Origin: Bdellovibrionia bacterium
GTDB lineage: Bacteria; Bdellovibrionota; Bdellovibrionia; Bdellovibrionales; JAGQZY01
Direction of reading: 5' to 3'
Assembly: GCA_030424715.1 (NCBI GenBank)
Contig: JAUHWH010000004.1
Location: 32,437 to 96,436 of the forward strand
DNA length: 64,000 bases
Part shown: one piece after another, positions 9,111-19,237 of the stretch
Numbering within the stretch: position 1 is the stretch's first letter
How the letters are laid out: every line of letters starts with the position of its first letter
Notes under the pieces: model-generated
Told to the model about the DNA's origin: nothing
The model's database searches: none
What the model saw: the letters and a program-made list of their open reading frames with translations, nothing else
Made by a program: the position numbers and the translations under genes

Positions 9111-10018
9111 GCCGAGAAAGCATGGATTCTGTCGACCAAGAGCGCACCGAAGCGCCTTGCTCTGGTGTGATTCGTTTGATTCACGCACGCGATAAAGATT
9201 TGGGTGGGTTTTCGGTTGGCAGAGTTCTGCCTTATCGAAAGCAACACATGGTAGGGCCATGGATATTCTTTGACCATATGGGACCAGCGACATTTCCTCC
9301 CGGCCTTGGTGTTAACGTGCGCCCCCATCCTCATATCAATTTGGCCACAGTGACTTATTTATTTGAAGGTGAAATTTTTCACCGCGATTCTTTAGGAAAT
9401 GCACAGTCTATCCACCCTGGAGATATCAACCTGATGGTGGCTGGGCGGGGAATCACCCATTCTGAACGCGAAACCGATGAGCAAAAGCAGCGCTCGCGGA
9501 AACTCAATGGTTTGCAGCTTTGGATGGCTTTACCCGAGGACTCTGAAGAAGTCGAACCCGAATTTCTTCATCACTCTTCCTCTGACATTCCGGATATCGA
9601 TGTGGACGGCGTGCCGGTGCGAGTGATGATGGGTGAGGCCTACGGGGCAACCTCTCCAGTGAAAACTTTTGGCGCGACTCTTTATGTCGAGGCTCGTTTG
9701 AAAAAAGGGCAGGCTCTAGTTTTGCCACCGGCTGACGAGCGCGGCCTTTACGTTGTTGAAGGTGAGCTGTTGATTGAAAATCAGACGGTAGAGGCTCGCT
9801 CCATGGCGATCTTGGACACCTCAGAAGTTAAAGTTGTGGCTCAGACCGACACCACAATTGCTTTGGTCGGCGGAGCACCCTTGGGCGAGAGACATATTTT
9901 TTGGAATTTCGTGTCGTCGAGCAAAGAGCGCATCAATAAAGCAAAGGCGGACTGGCGTGAAGGCCGATTCCCTAAAGTTCCGGGTGACGAAATAGAGTTT
10001 ATTCCTTTGCCGGAATAA
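9104..10018 (+). CDS. Pirin family protein
   Basis: Cupin metal-site motifs HPHINLATVTYLFEGEIFHRDSLGN...GITHSE. An alternative ATG lies at 9122. Overlaps the upstream gene by 7 nt. Confidence 0.85.
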   Translation: MVSRESMDSVDQERTEAPCSGVIRLIHARDKDLGGFSVGRVLPYRKQHMVGPWIFFDHMGPATFPPGLGVNVRPHPHINLATVTYLFEGEIFHRDSLGNAQSIHPGDINLMVAGRGITHSERETDEQKQRSRKLNGLQLWMALPEDSEEVEPEFLHHSSSDIPDIDVDGVPVRVMMGEAYGATSPVKTFGATLYVEARLKKGQALVLPPADERGLYVVEGELLIENQTVEARSMAILDTSEVKVVAQTDTTIALVGGAPLGERHIFWNFVSSSKERINKAKADWREGRFPKVPGDEIEFIPLPE

Positions 10019-10083
10019 GGCGCCGGAGGGTGAAGAGATTGAAATTGCTTGGGGTTGTCTCTTTGCATAGGTGAAGAGAGAAA

Positions 10084-11622
10084 TTGGGGGAAGCCATCGA
10101 AGAAAAGTCTATAGACAGTCAGTTGCAAAAAATTTTTAATATGTCCTCCTTTCGTTTGGGACAAAAAGAGATCATTGAATCTGTTATGTCTCAAAAAGAT
10201 GTGCTCGCCGTCATGCCCACGGGTGGTGGGAAATCCCTATGCTATCAACTACCCGCGATGATGAGTGATGGCATCACCATCGTGATCTCTCCGTTAGTGG
10301 CATTGATGAATGACCAGGTGGCCAATCTGCAAAAGATGGGTGTGCCGGCGGGAGCCATTCACTCGGGTTTGAGTGTTGACGAAAAAAAACGTGTGTTTCA
10401 GGAGATGGCCACTTCGGAACGTTTTCTACTTTACGTTTCTCCAGAGCGCGTGCAGAAAGCGGGCTTTGCGCCCTGGTTGGCCCAACAGAAGATCAATCTG
10501 TTTGCTATCGACGAGGCTCACTGTGTTTCTCAGTGGGGGCATGACTTTCGAACCGAGTATGGGCAACTGTCCCTGTTAAGAAAAATCAAGCCCGACACCC
10601 CGATGATCGGTCTGACGGCCACTGCCACACCTCTGGTCAAGCGAGACATTATTACGCAACTGGGGCTGACCGAGCCGGATGAGCATGTGTACGGTTTCTA
10701 TCGGCCGAATCTTTATTACCAAGTTGAGTTCTGTGACCACGAGTCTGAAAAAGAAGCTTTCGTTTTGAGTGCACTTGAAAAAACAAAACAAGGGCGAATC
10801 ATCATTTATTGTGGCACCCGTAAAAAAACGGAGGAGTGGTCGGATCTGTTACTATCACGGGGGGAAAGTGTGGGGTTCTACCATGCTGGCCTCGGCGCTT
10901 CAGAGCGACAACAGATTGAACAAGATTACCGCGAGGGTAAAATACGTATTCTCGCTGCGACCAATGCTTTTGGCATGGGTGTGGACCATCCGGATGTGCG
11001 TCTGGTCGCACACATTCAGATGCCGGGTAATATTGAGTCCTATTATCAAGAGATCGGGAGAGCCGGCCGTGATGGTCAGCCGTCGACTTGTCTTCTCACT
11101 TACTCTAAGAAAGACAAAGGTCTTCAGTCTTTCTTTATCACTCAATCTGACGCTAGTAAGCAGATCAAAGTGCAGCGCTGGTCGGCACTGAATGCGATGG
11201 TACAGTACGCTGAAGGGTCAGAGTGCAGGCACGCTGATATTTTAACTTACTTTAAAGATCAAAAGCGCATTGATAAATGCGGGCATTGTGATTCTTGTGA
11301 CCCCAGGTCCGACCGTCGTGTTCTTGCAACCATCAAGGTCGCGGCCACTAAAAAGAAAGCGAGAAAGAAGAAAGACGAGGCCCTGTTCGTTGCCCAATTG
11401 TCTGATGAGCAGCAGTGGAGAATCGACACGCTTCGGGATTGGCGTAAAGAGTATGCCAAAGAAAATGACATCCCAGCCTTTATGGTTTTCAGTGACAAAA
11501 CACTGCGTGACCTGGTTTTGCGCGCTCCGAAAACAACCGATGAGTTGGCTCGCGTCTATGGTTTAGGAGAAAAAAAGATCGGTGTGTTCGGCGAGACTCT
11601 GATAAACAAACTGCACCCCTGA
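10084..11622 (+). CDS. recQ: RecQ-family ATP-dependent DNA helicase with C-terminal HRDC domain
   Basis: Motifs MPTGGGKSLCYQLPA, DEAHCVSQWGHDFR and the zinc-binding CRH...CGHCDSC. HRDC-like tail AFMVFSDKTLRDLV. The start is uncertain (TTG 10084 or ATG 10141). Confidence 0.9.
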   Translation: MGEAIEEKSIDSQLQKIFNMSSFRLGQKEIIESVMSQKDVLAVMPTGGGKSLCYQLPAMMSDGITIVISPLVALMNDQVANLQKMGVPAGAIHSGLSVDEKKRVFQEMATSERFLLYVSPERVQKAGFAPWLAQQKINLFAIDEAHCVSQWGHDFRTEYGQLSLLRKIKPDTPMIGLTATATPLVKRDIITQLGLTEPDEHVYGFYRPNLYYQVEFCDHESEKEAFVLSALEKTKQGRIIIYCGTRKKTEEWSDLLLSRGESVGFYHAGLGASERQQIEQDYREGKIRILAATNAFGMGVDHPDVRLVAHIQMPGNIESYYQEIGRAGRDGQPSTCLLTYSKKDKGLQSFFITQSDASKQIKVQRWSALNAMVQYAEGSECRHADILTYFKDQKRIDKCGHCDSCDPRSDRRVLATIKVAATKKKARKKKDEALFVAQLSDEQQWRIDTLRDWRKEYAKENDIPAFMVFSDKTLRDLVLRAPKTTDELARVYGLGEKKIGVFGETLINKLHP

Positions 11623-11728
11623 CTCTTGGAGTTGGTGGCCTCTCGGCATTGATGGAAAGGGCGGGCTTTAGCAACCAAGACTTTCTAACACGACCACACA
11701 ATATGAGGCCTAGGGATTTGCCTAAGTC

Positions 11729-12307
11729 TTAGTAAAAATGAACACCCAAGCTGATATTAAAAGTAGTGATCTCTATGCCCTGCAGCCTCCAAAGTCGGAG
11801 GCCGAGCTCTGGAGCGATACCGACCTCGCTCCAAGCCAAAAACTCCCAACCGGCACCAGCGTAGAAGCTTGCTCCGTTTTGCGAAGTTAAAGCCGCCTTC
11901 GAGTCGAGCAGGCTCCAGTAGAGTCCGGCGCGAACAAAAAGCGGTTTTGGATTATCGAGGGGAAAGTATTTCGCCTCAACTCCCAAAAAATAAAGCTGAA
12001 TTGTTTCACCGATACCATTCGGGGCGGTTTCATCAGTTCGAGCACTGCCGAAGAGAGAGCCTCCGGCCAGGCCCACAGATAGGTCGAACGGCTTTTCGTA
12101 CCAAAAATTAATGGTGTTACTAAACCCCTGGTATTTCACATTTTCGTTGTTGTAAGTAAGGGAATGCTGATCGTAGTGCTCTCGGGCCCGAAAGCGAAAC
12201 TCGCCAGCTTGGCAAAGGTCACTTGTCGCGATGAGTATGAACAAGCCAAAGAGAGTTGGGGCGAGGGCAGTGGTTAAGCCACTCTGAGAGGTTCTAAAAG
12301 AGGTCAT
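11729..12307 (-). CDS. Small outer-membrane beta-barrel protein (hypothetical)
   Basis: Signal peptide, alternating beta-strand pattern, and a C-terminal aromatic residue (...SLGVHFY). Confidence 0.5.
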   Translation of the reverse strand: MTSFRTSQSGLTTALAPTLFGLFILIATSDLCQAGEFRFRAREHYDQHSLTYNNENVKYQGFSNTINFWYEKPFDLSVGLAGGSLFGSARTDETAPNGIGETIQLYFLGVEAKYFPLDNPKPLFVRAGLYWSLLDSKAALTSQNGASFYAGAGWEFLAWSEVGIAPELGLRLWRLQGIEITTFNISLGVHFY

Positions 12308-12529
12308 AATTGATTTTATAGTGAGGAGGCGCTATTGAATGCACCATTTTTCTTTGAAGTTTAGAAACTATGAAAGATTTTCAAGAAACGCTATCTGCGT
12401 GAGAATGTCTTCTGGTGCTTTGGGGGTGAGATGAATTGGGGACGGGGCGGTTTAGCCCTCGCGCTAAGAATGTCATGAAGCTACGAAAGAGGGTGGACAA
12501 ATTCAGAGGCTTTTTAGTAAGACCTCTGA

Positions 12530-13285
12530 GTGAGATTATTTCTAACCGCCTTTCTTTTTCTTTACAGCTCGACAGGTTTAGCACAATTCTCTTGTCGCGA
12601 AGCTTTTTCCTTGCAGGAGACTGATTCGAGAGCGTCTGTATCGTCCGCGGGCTTGGCAAGCCCCCAAACCTCATCTTTGAGATCGAGTCGGTCCGCAACG
12701 GAGACCACCGTCTACCGGGATTCCGAACTTCTTCGCATGCTTATTAAAAATCGTCGCTACCTCTCTATGTCTCAGGTGAATGGGGAGGGAAACAAAAATT
12801 CTTGGTTTTTAAGTCAAAGTGACAATGGAAGGCTTTATCGAGTGGTTGTTAATACGGATCGCTCAGGAAAAGTTTTAGACATGTACGCCGACAAGCCGAC
12901 TGCTCGAACTGAAAAGTGGTATTATCAAGCGATGGGACGCAGTTTAAACATGAGTCCGCTTCGGGGAACAATCAACCTACCTCGAAAAGGTAAGCGTGAA
13001 CTCTGGGTCGATCCTTCTGTTTTGGTAAAGTTGGACGTCAAACATAACCTTTCAGAAGAATCGTTAGTTCAAGCCTTAAGGCGTGTGCCACCTAACGTCA
13101 AATATTTTGACGTCCAAGTTTCAAGTGCTGGAAAGAAAGACTCCTTCCTATTTTTTATGGATGTTGGACTGCAACACCCACTTAAAGTCATTATGGTCTA
13201 TGAGAAAAACACTTACTTTCTCGTCACGGCCCATTTGGATGATATCCATCAGGTGCGATTCAGAATGGTTAATCGCGATTTTTAA
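12530..13285 (+). CDS. Secreted hypothetical protein
   Basis: GTG start, signal peptide MRLFLTAFLFLYSSTGLAQ. No motif recognised. Confidence 0.45.
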   Translation: MRLFLTAFLFLYSSTGLAQFSCREAFSLQETDSRASVSSAGLASPQTSSLRSSRSATETTVYRDSELLRMLIKNRRYLSMSQVNGEGNKNSWFLSQSDNGRLYRVVVNTDRSGKVLDMYADKPTARTEKWYYQAMGRSLNMSPLRGTINLPRKGKRELWVDPSVLVKLDVKHNLSEESLVQALRRVPPNVKYFDVQVSSAGKKDSFLFFMDVGLQHPLKVIMVYEKNTYFLVTAHLDDIHQVRFRMVNRDF

Positions 13286-13328
13286 AATACGCCTTGTTCC
13301 ATTGCCTTTTGCTCTTTAGACTCAAACC

Positions 13329-13994
13329 ATGAAAAATCTATATTCAGTTATTTTAGTGCTCGCTTTGTTTGGTACACCTGCCATGGCAAACGTGGGCAAG
13401 GTGGTTCACGTCAATGGAGAGGTGTTTCGGGTGGACCGAGCTGGAAACTCTCAAGCGGCGAAACCTAAGATGATACTTGAGACTGGGGACTCTTTAAAGA
13501 CAGGCAACAAAAGCCTTGTTGTTTTCTCTATAAAAGATCTTGCGACCCACAAACTCGGAGAGAACAGTCTATTCAAAGTTACAGCCCCGGTAGAAAAAGG
13601 CTTGGTTGAGCTTATTACGGGCAGTCTATTTAGTCTCGTGGTGAAAAAGAAACAGAAGTCCGGTGTGCATTATCGTATAAAAACACGTGCGGCTGTGGCT
13701 GGCGTGCGGGGCACGCAGTTTTTTGTATCTTATGGTGGTAAATCAAGGCCTTCCGATGCTTGGGTCTGTGTGAATGAAGGTGAGGTTGAAGTATCCAGTC
13801 TGGTGTCGAAGTCAAAAGTCTTGGTCAAAGAGGGCTTCGGTGTTTCTGTAAAAGGTGCTGCAGTATCGGCACCCGCCCAATTGCCGTGGACTCGAAAGCT
13901 GAATTGGAATATGGATTCTTCGAAAGGGGAACTTCAAAACCCAGTGTCGATCGACGAAGCCTACGGTGATCTCCTTGACGTCGACTATGACTAG
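13329..13994 (+). CDS. Secreted FecR-domain protein
   Basis: Signal peptide. FecR-like pattern GEVFRV...LETGDSLKTG...AVAGVRGTQFFV. Confidence 0.6.
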   Translation: MKNLYSVILVLALFGTPAMANVGKVVHVNGEVFRVDRAGNSQAAKPKMILETGDSLKTGNKSLVVFSIKDLATHKLGENSLFKVTAPVEKGLVELITGSLFSLVVKKKQKSGVHYRIKTRAAVAGVRGTQFFVSYGGKSRPSDAWVCVNEGEVEVSSLVSKSKVLVKEGFGVSVKGAAVSAPAQLPWTRKLNWNMDSSKGELQNPVSIDEAYGDLLDVDYD

Positions 13995-14727
13995 AATTTT
14001 ACTTTTCTTCCTGTTGTTGCCGGTTATCACCATGGGCAGAGCCACAGACCCCAATGGCAAAAAACATTCGATGCAAGAGGTCAGTGCAAAGTACATCTCC
14101 AGCGGATCCGATTGGAAGGTCATTGCCGGCCTGCAAGCCAGAGAGTCCTTTGCCGATCGTGTTTACTCTCATCTTCAGTTGGAGCTTCGTGACAAGCTGT
14201 CTCGGCATTTTCAATGGGGAGTCTTATACAGAGCGCAGATCAACAACCGCAACAACGAAAATTGGCAACTGACCCCTGCTGGACATCGGTGGACCGAAAA
14301 CAACAATGGCATTGAGAGTGTGTGGGGAGGCTATGGTATGGCGCGAGCCATGTTAACCGAGCAGCTGCGCTTTGAGGCCAAGATACAATACGAGTGGAGC
14401 ACGCTCTTTTCGCAGCAGACCCTCCGCTACCGCTCCAACCTCACCCACTTCTGGCCAACAGCTCAAGGACCACCGACCCATGTCTATATTCAGCACGAAA
14501 TCTTTATCCCTCTCAATTATCAGCACCAGCAGATCAATCAACGGTGGGTTTATTTAGGTGTCAATTGGCCCATGCCATCGGGGGCTTTTTGGGGTCTCAG
14601 CTTGGCTTTTGCTGAATGGGTTTGGACTGAATCAGAAAGTTTTGAAAAGAGCTTTCCCGGAGATCAATATAAGATTTCCGATCAAGCTTTCATTCTTTCA
14701 TTGCATGTTCTTTTTCTCGGAAGCTGA
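13987..14727 (+). CDS. Secreted beta-rich protein (possible DUF2490-like barrel)
   Basis: The ATG at 13987 overlaps the FecR-domain gene by 8 nt. Signal peptide MTRILLFFLLLPVITMGRA. W/Y/R/Q-rich strands. Confidence 0.45.
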   Translation: MTRILLFFLLLPVITMGRATDPNGKKHSMQEVSAKYISSGSDWKVIAGLQARESFADRVYSHLQLELRDKLSRHFQWGVLYRAQINNRNNENWQLTPAGHRWTENNNGIESVWGGYGMARAMLTEQLRFEAKIQYEWSTLFSQQTLRYRSNLTHFWPTAQGPPTHVYIQHEIFIPLNYQHQQINQRWVYLGVNWPMPSGAFWGLSLAFAEWVWTESESFEKSFPGDQYKISDQAFILSLHVLFLGS

Positions 14728-14801
14728 TCGGCATTCTGAAAGAGCGAGCGTTGCAATGGCTTTCTTTTGGGGGGGCCACACGACAGGTGGCGCAAAAAAA
14801 T

Positions 14802-14990
14802 CTATTGCGCTCGCTCTGCTGACAAATTCACGATCTGCCCATCTTCAACGGTGTAGCTGATCTCAATCGGGTTGCAACAGGTCTCGCAGTCCTCAATATA
14901 GGTTTGCGAACCATAGAGTTCTTCTAAAAGCATGGAGACTTGCTGCGCGCAATAGGGGCAAGTAAAAAATTTTTCAGATTCAAAGTCCAT
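14802..14990 (-). CDS. CPXCG-motif cysteine-rich (zinc-ribbon) protein
   Basis: FTCPYCAQ ... CETCCNPI, a two-CxxC knuckle arrangement in 62 aa. Confidence 0.6.
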   Translation of the reverse strand: MDFESEKFFTCPYCAQQVSMLLEELYGSQTYIEDCETCCNPIEISYTVEDGQIVNLSAERAQ

Positions 14991-15050
14991 GGATGACCTT
15001 TCTTAAAATCAACCATAAGATCATACTTTAATTTCACGAAGGGAGTCAAA

Positions 15051-15716
15051 ATGAGTCGAAATGTTATTATTGTCGGGGCGAATCGGGGCATTGGTCTTGA
15101 ACTTGTGAAGTGTTATAAAAAACAGGGCGATGATGTCATAGCGGTATGTAGGCAAGCGTCTGATGAGCTAAAAGCACTCGATGTGACTCTTGTTGAGGGC
15201 ATCGACGTGAAAAAAGACACCACAGTGGCCGACTTGGCTTCTAAAATTCCATTTTCTAAAATTGATATTCTGATTCACAACGCCGGAATCCTAAGAGGAG
15301 ATAGCTTCCAGAATCTCAATCTCGAAGACATGCGAGAACAGTTTGAAGTCAACTCTTTAGGGCCGTTAAAAACGGTGATGAGTCTCCATGAACTTTTCAA
15401 AGAGGGTACGAAAGTCGGATTGGTGTCGAGCCGAGTGGGTTCTATCGACGACAACAGCAGTGGGCAAAACTATGGGTATCGAGCTTCAAAAACGGCATTG
15501 AATATGATTGGAACCAATCTGGCTTTAGAGTTTAAAGACAAAGGTGTGGCGTTTGCTCTTCTGCACCCAGGATATGTGAGAACAGAAATGACCGGCGGTG
15601 GTGGGTTGATTGATCCCGACGAAGCGGCAGCGGGCCTTTATCAAAGAATGGAAGAACTTAGTATCGAAACGACAGGGTTATTTGTTCATTCTAGTGGAGA
15701 AAAACTCCACTGGTAG
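15051..15716 (+). CDS. Short-chain dehydrogenase/reductase (C-factor-like SDR)
   Basis: VIIVGANRGIGLE cofactor motif and YRASKTALN catalytic motif. Confidence 0.85.
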   Translation: MSRNVIIVGANRGIGLELVKCYKKQGDDVIAVCRQASDELKALDVTLVEGIDVKKDTTVADLASKIPFSKIDILIHNAGILRGDSFQNLNLEDMREQFEVNSLGPLKTVMSLHELFKEGTKVGLVSSRVGSIDDNSSGQNYGYRASKTALNMIGTNLALEFKDKGVAFALLHPGYVRTEMTGGGGLIDPDEAAAGLYQRMEELSIETTGLFVHSSGEKLHW

Positions 15717-15820
15717 TGTTGCGACGCTTGTTGGTTTGTCGTGGAGTCAAGACTGTGGGCTCCCATCTCGAGAATGCTACGAAGGCTCCCCTTTGTTTTC
15801 ACGTGAGGATTTTGTAAATC

Positions 15821-17242
15821 ATGAAAATAGCAATTGCGGGAGCCTCGGGCTTCATTGGCACAAATTTAATTCATAAACTCTTAACCTCAACCGGTCACGA
15901 AGTCGTGGCTCTGAGCCGTAGTGAGTTTCAGGCCACTCAAGAACGAATCAGTTCTCGAAAAGTCAATTTGTACTCGCTATTAGAGTGTGAGGAAGCCCTT
16001 GAGGGGTGTGATGTCGCGATTTATTTGGTCCACTCCATGTCTCCATCGGCCCGTCTTGCCCAGGGAGAGTTTCAAGATTTTGATTTTATATTAGCTGATA
16101 ACTTCGCGAAAGCCGCAGAAAAGTGCCAGCTCAAGCAAATTATCTACGTTGGTGGCATTATTCCTAAGCTAGAGTCCCTGTCACTTCATTTGGAGAGCCG
16201 ACTTGAGGTCGAGCAGGTTCTATGCGCCCATAAAACTCCGGTGACGACGCTGCGCTGCGGTCTCGTGATCGGTAAAGACGGGTCGTCATTTCGTATAGTA
16301 GAACGCTTGATCGACCGCCTACCCATATTAGGCTTACCGACATGGACGAGAACGGAGCTACAAGCGGTTTACATCGATGACTTGGTTTCTATCATCGCAA
16401 AAGCCATCGATTCGCAACCGCAAGCCGATGGTTCCTATGATGTGGGTGCTCCCGACAAAATTGAATATCGTGATCTTTTAGTTTCTGTTTCTAAGATCAA
16501 GGGAAAGAACAATATTTTTATACCTATTCGTTTTTTGACAACGGGGCTTTCTAAGTTTTGGGTAAGGCTAATAACCAGGGTCCCCAAGGGTCTAGTGTAT
16601 CCGCTGGTTGATTCCCTGAGGCACCGAATGGTGGTTAGTGAAAGTCGCAAGCTTCCGGATGGTTTGACCGTTGAGTACACCTCCTTGCAATCGGCCATGG
16701 AGCAAAGTCTTAGAACCGATCCCACTCCGGATTTGGGGATGCGCAAAGTGAACCGCGCCTTGCAAGGCAAGGGTTCTCTGGTGCAGTCTGTCCAGCGGTT
16801 ACCCTGCCCGTTGAATTGGTCAATGAAGGATGTAGCAAAGTACTACATGGTTTGGGTGCCTCGTTTCTTATGGCCGTTTTTTAAAATTGTCCCCGATGGC
16901 GATGATTTGGAGTTCTATTTTCGCTTTTTTAAAAAGCCACTCTTGGTGCTAACACTCTCTCACGAGAGAACCTTCGAGGGGCGTGAACTCTTCTATATCA
17001 CAGGTGGAATGCTCAATTCCCCCCATCCCAAAGCGCGTATCGAGTTTCGAGAAGGCTGTGACAGAGAATATTTGATTGTCGCCATCCATAGTTTTCGTCC
17101 GAGCTTGCCTTGGTTTGTTTACAAATTCACCCAAGCTCCTCTTCACAAGTTTGTCATGTGGCGATTTGGGGTCGAGCTCTCAAAGATCGCTGATAATAAG
17201 AAGGCGGCGATTCAAGAACAGCGGGCAAAGGAAAGCCCTTGA
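15821..17242 (+). CDS. NAD(P)-binding (atypical SDR/NmrA-like) protein with DUF2867-like C-terminal domain
   Basis: N-terminal Rossmann motif MKIAIAGASGFIGTNLI. An extra ~170-aa C-terminal domain, as in SDR+DUF2867 proteins. Confidence 0.6.
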   Translation: MKIAIAGASGFIGTNLIHKLLTSTGHEVVALSRSEFQATQERISSRKVNLYSLLECEEALEGCDVAIYLVHSMSPSARLAQGEFQDFDFILADNFAKAAEKCQLKQIIYVGGIIPKLESLSLHLESRLEVEQVLCAHKTPVTTLRCGLVIGKDGSSFRIVERLIDRLPILGLPTWTRTELQAVYIDDLVSIIAKAIDSQPQADGSYDVGAPDKIEYRDLLVSVSKIKGKNNIFIPIRFLTTGLSKFWVRLITRVPKGLVYPLVDSLRHRMVVSESRKLPDGLTVEYTSLQSAMEQSLRTDPTPDLGMRKVNRALQGKGSLVQSVQRLPCPLNWSMKDVAKYYMVWVPRFLWPFFKIVPDGDDLEFYFRFFKKPLLVLTLSHERTFEGRELFYITGGMLNSPHPKARIEFREGCDREYLIVAIHSFRPSLPWFVYKFTQAPLHKFVMWRFGVELSKIADNKKAAIQEQRAKESP

Positions 17243-17252
17243 GCCTGATTTT

Positions 17253-17612
17253 CTAGGGAAGATTTATTTCATAGAAGGCGCTGGCTGAGAAAATGCCAAT
17301 ATTTAAAATAAAATAAAAAATAGCGGGAAACATCTTGAGTAGAGAGTCACCAATGCGTTGCCGAGCCACAATGCCAAAAAACATCATAGCGATGATGAGA
17401 GCCGATCCCGCCAATATCGCCAGAGGGATATAAAAACCAATAGAAAGAATAATACTGGCGAGAATTTGCATTACCCCAGCAAAGACTCTGAGCTGGGGCA
17501 ATCGATAGCGTTTGAATTCAGCGACCATGTACTGGGTCGCTAAGCAGCTGATACCGTAGCCAACAAACGACACCAGATTAAAGAGGTAGGTATAAAAAAA
17601 GAAAGTTTCCAC
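17253..17612 (-). CDS. DoxX-like 4-TM membrane protein
   Basis: 119 aa with four hydrophobic helices. Confidence 0.5.
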   Translation of the reverse strand: METFFFYTYLFNLVSFVGYGISCLATQYMVAEFKRYRLPQLRVFAGVMQILASIILSIGFYIPLAILAGSALIIAMMFFGIVARQRIGDSLLKMFPAIFYFILNIGIFSASAFYEINLP

Positions 17613-17688
17613 ATAGGCAATAGATCACAAAATGACCGTCTTGCCTATAGGATCAAAGGCAACATATATAAAAAAAGACGATTCGCCC

Positions 17689-18069
17689 TCAGTACCCGCT
17701 AGGTAATGACAGGGCGACAATGCTTAAACTCATGGCCAGCATCAAAGCGGCTGGCAGGGACTTCAGCAAAGGATCTTTTACTTTAACGTGCATCAGAAGG
17801 GCTCCCACCATCAAAAAGGCGACAACACCTGCTGGATAAATAGCAATGGATGGCAACCAAAGGCTGGCAAGCAGCGCAATGGCAGAGCCCACCTTCAAAA
17901 ATCCAACCAAATAGAAAACCCCGAGGGGAAGCCCATAGGCCAAAAATTCTTGTTTCAGGTTTTGCGAGTCGGCGCCTCGGTAATCGGTGCTTTTCGATTG
18001 GCGTACTAGCCAAACATTTAAAAGACCCAAAGCCACAATCAACCGTAAAATAACACTTAGAACTACCAT
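17689..18069 (-). CDS. DoxX-family 4-TM membrane protein
   Basis: 126 aa with four TM helices. N-terminal LLNVWLVR... pattern. Confidence 0.5.
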   Translation of the reverse strand: MVVLSVILRLIVALGLLNVWLVRQSKSTDYRGADSQNLKQEFLAYGLPLGVFYLVGFLKVGSAIALLASLWLPSIAIYPAGVVAFLMVGALLMHVKVKDPLLKSLPAALMLAMSLSIVALSLPSGY

Positions 18070-18227
18070 CCGTTGTCTCCTCGCTGCAGCAACCGAGGTC
18101 AGTCAATGACATGTCTCAGTTGAACCCCAGTACCGTGTAATGTTTCGACGCCAACGGTACCACTTCTTTATTGATGATAAAACACAAAAAAACAGGCCTC
18201 AGCGATCGTGGGACATGCAGAGACTTC

Positions 18228-19235
18228 TTAGACGGGGCTCCACTGGCGTCCGAGTCGAATGATCTTCTGCAAAAGACTTTTGTAGGTGTAGCCCGCCTTT
18301 TTGGCACTTTCAGAGAAGTCATCAAACTCTGAAATGTCAGGGTTGGGGTTGGCCTCAAGTAGATACATCTGACCTGCTTCGTCGACTCGCATGTCCATCC
18401 TTGCGTAGCCATTAAGGCCAAGGGCTCGATAAGCACGTTTTGCCAGTTTCCGCATCGCTAGAGACTGCTCCTCAGAAATGTCGGCAAGGCCTGTTGAGAT
18501 CCCTTTGCGTCCTCGATAGTCCACGTTAAATTTAGCCGCTGACGAGTAAAACTCGTTCTCTGGGTGATCCGAACCCTCAAATTTTAGCTCCCAGACGGGC
18601 ATGGTTTCTAATCGATAATTGCCCATGACTCCCACAAAATACTCTCGGCCCGCAATAAACTCTTCTGCGATGGCATCTGTTTTGAACTTGGCGTGAATGT
18701 AATTCACTCTCTCTCGCAGTTTTTCTTCATTATGGACCACAGAAGCTTGTGATAGGCCCAGCGAGGCCTCTTCGTTCAAGCATTTGACAATCAGTGGAAA
18801 GGTTTTCAGTAGAGTTTTTCTTCGAGAGTTATTTCTCGGAAAGACTTGAAACTTTGGTGTCTTAATCTTGTGGTAGCTCAAAATCTTTTTAGACAAGGCT
18901 TTGTCGCGCCCTATGATAAGTCCCTTGGGGTTTGACCCTGTGTAAGGCACTCCGAGAAGTTCGAGATAGCTAACCACGTTTTGATCAAAGATCGCCTCAC
19001 CCTTGAATTCCTCTAAGAGATTAAAAATAACCTGGGGTTTCCATTCTTCGATGTGAGAACGAATAACCTTGAGGTTGTCTGAAACTCCTAAAACTTTAAC
19101 GTCATAGCTAAGAGAATCTAAGCACTTTTTAACATCATACTCTGTGGCCCAAGGAACACTAGCCCAGTCCAGGTCTTTTTCAACAACGTTGTCGGGTGGA
19201 ATGAGGTCTTCGTGGACCAGCAATGTGACTTTCAC
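18228..19235 (-). CDS. ATP-grasp ligase (D-alanine--D-alanine ligase-like family)
   Basis: Pre-ATP-grasp N-terminal domain plus an ATP-grasp core (...GRDKALSKKIL...FIAGREYFVGVMGN...ARMDMRVDEAGQMYLLEANPNP). Confidence 0.7.
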   Translation of the reverse strand: MKVTLLVHEDLIPPDNVVEKDLDWASVPWATEYDVKKCLDSLSYDVKVLGVSDNLKVIRSHIEEWKPQVIFNLLEEFKGEAIFDQNVVSYLELLGVPYTGSNPKGLIIGRDKALSKKILSYHKIKTPKFQVFPRNNSRRKTLLKTFPLIVKCLNEEASLGLSQASVVHNEEKLRERVNYIHAKFKTDAIAEEFIAGREYFVGVMGNYRLETMPVWELKFEGSDHPENEFYSSAAKFNVDYRGRKGISTGLADISEEQSLAMRKLAKRAYRALGLNGYARMDMRVDEAGQMYLLEANPNPDISEFDDFSESAKKAGYTYKSLLQKIIRLGRQWSPV

Positions 19236-19237
19236 GT

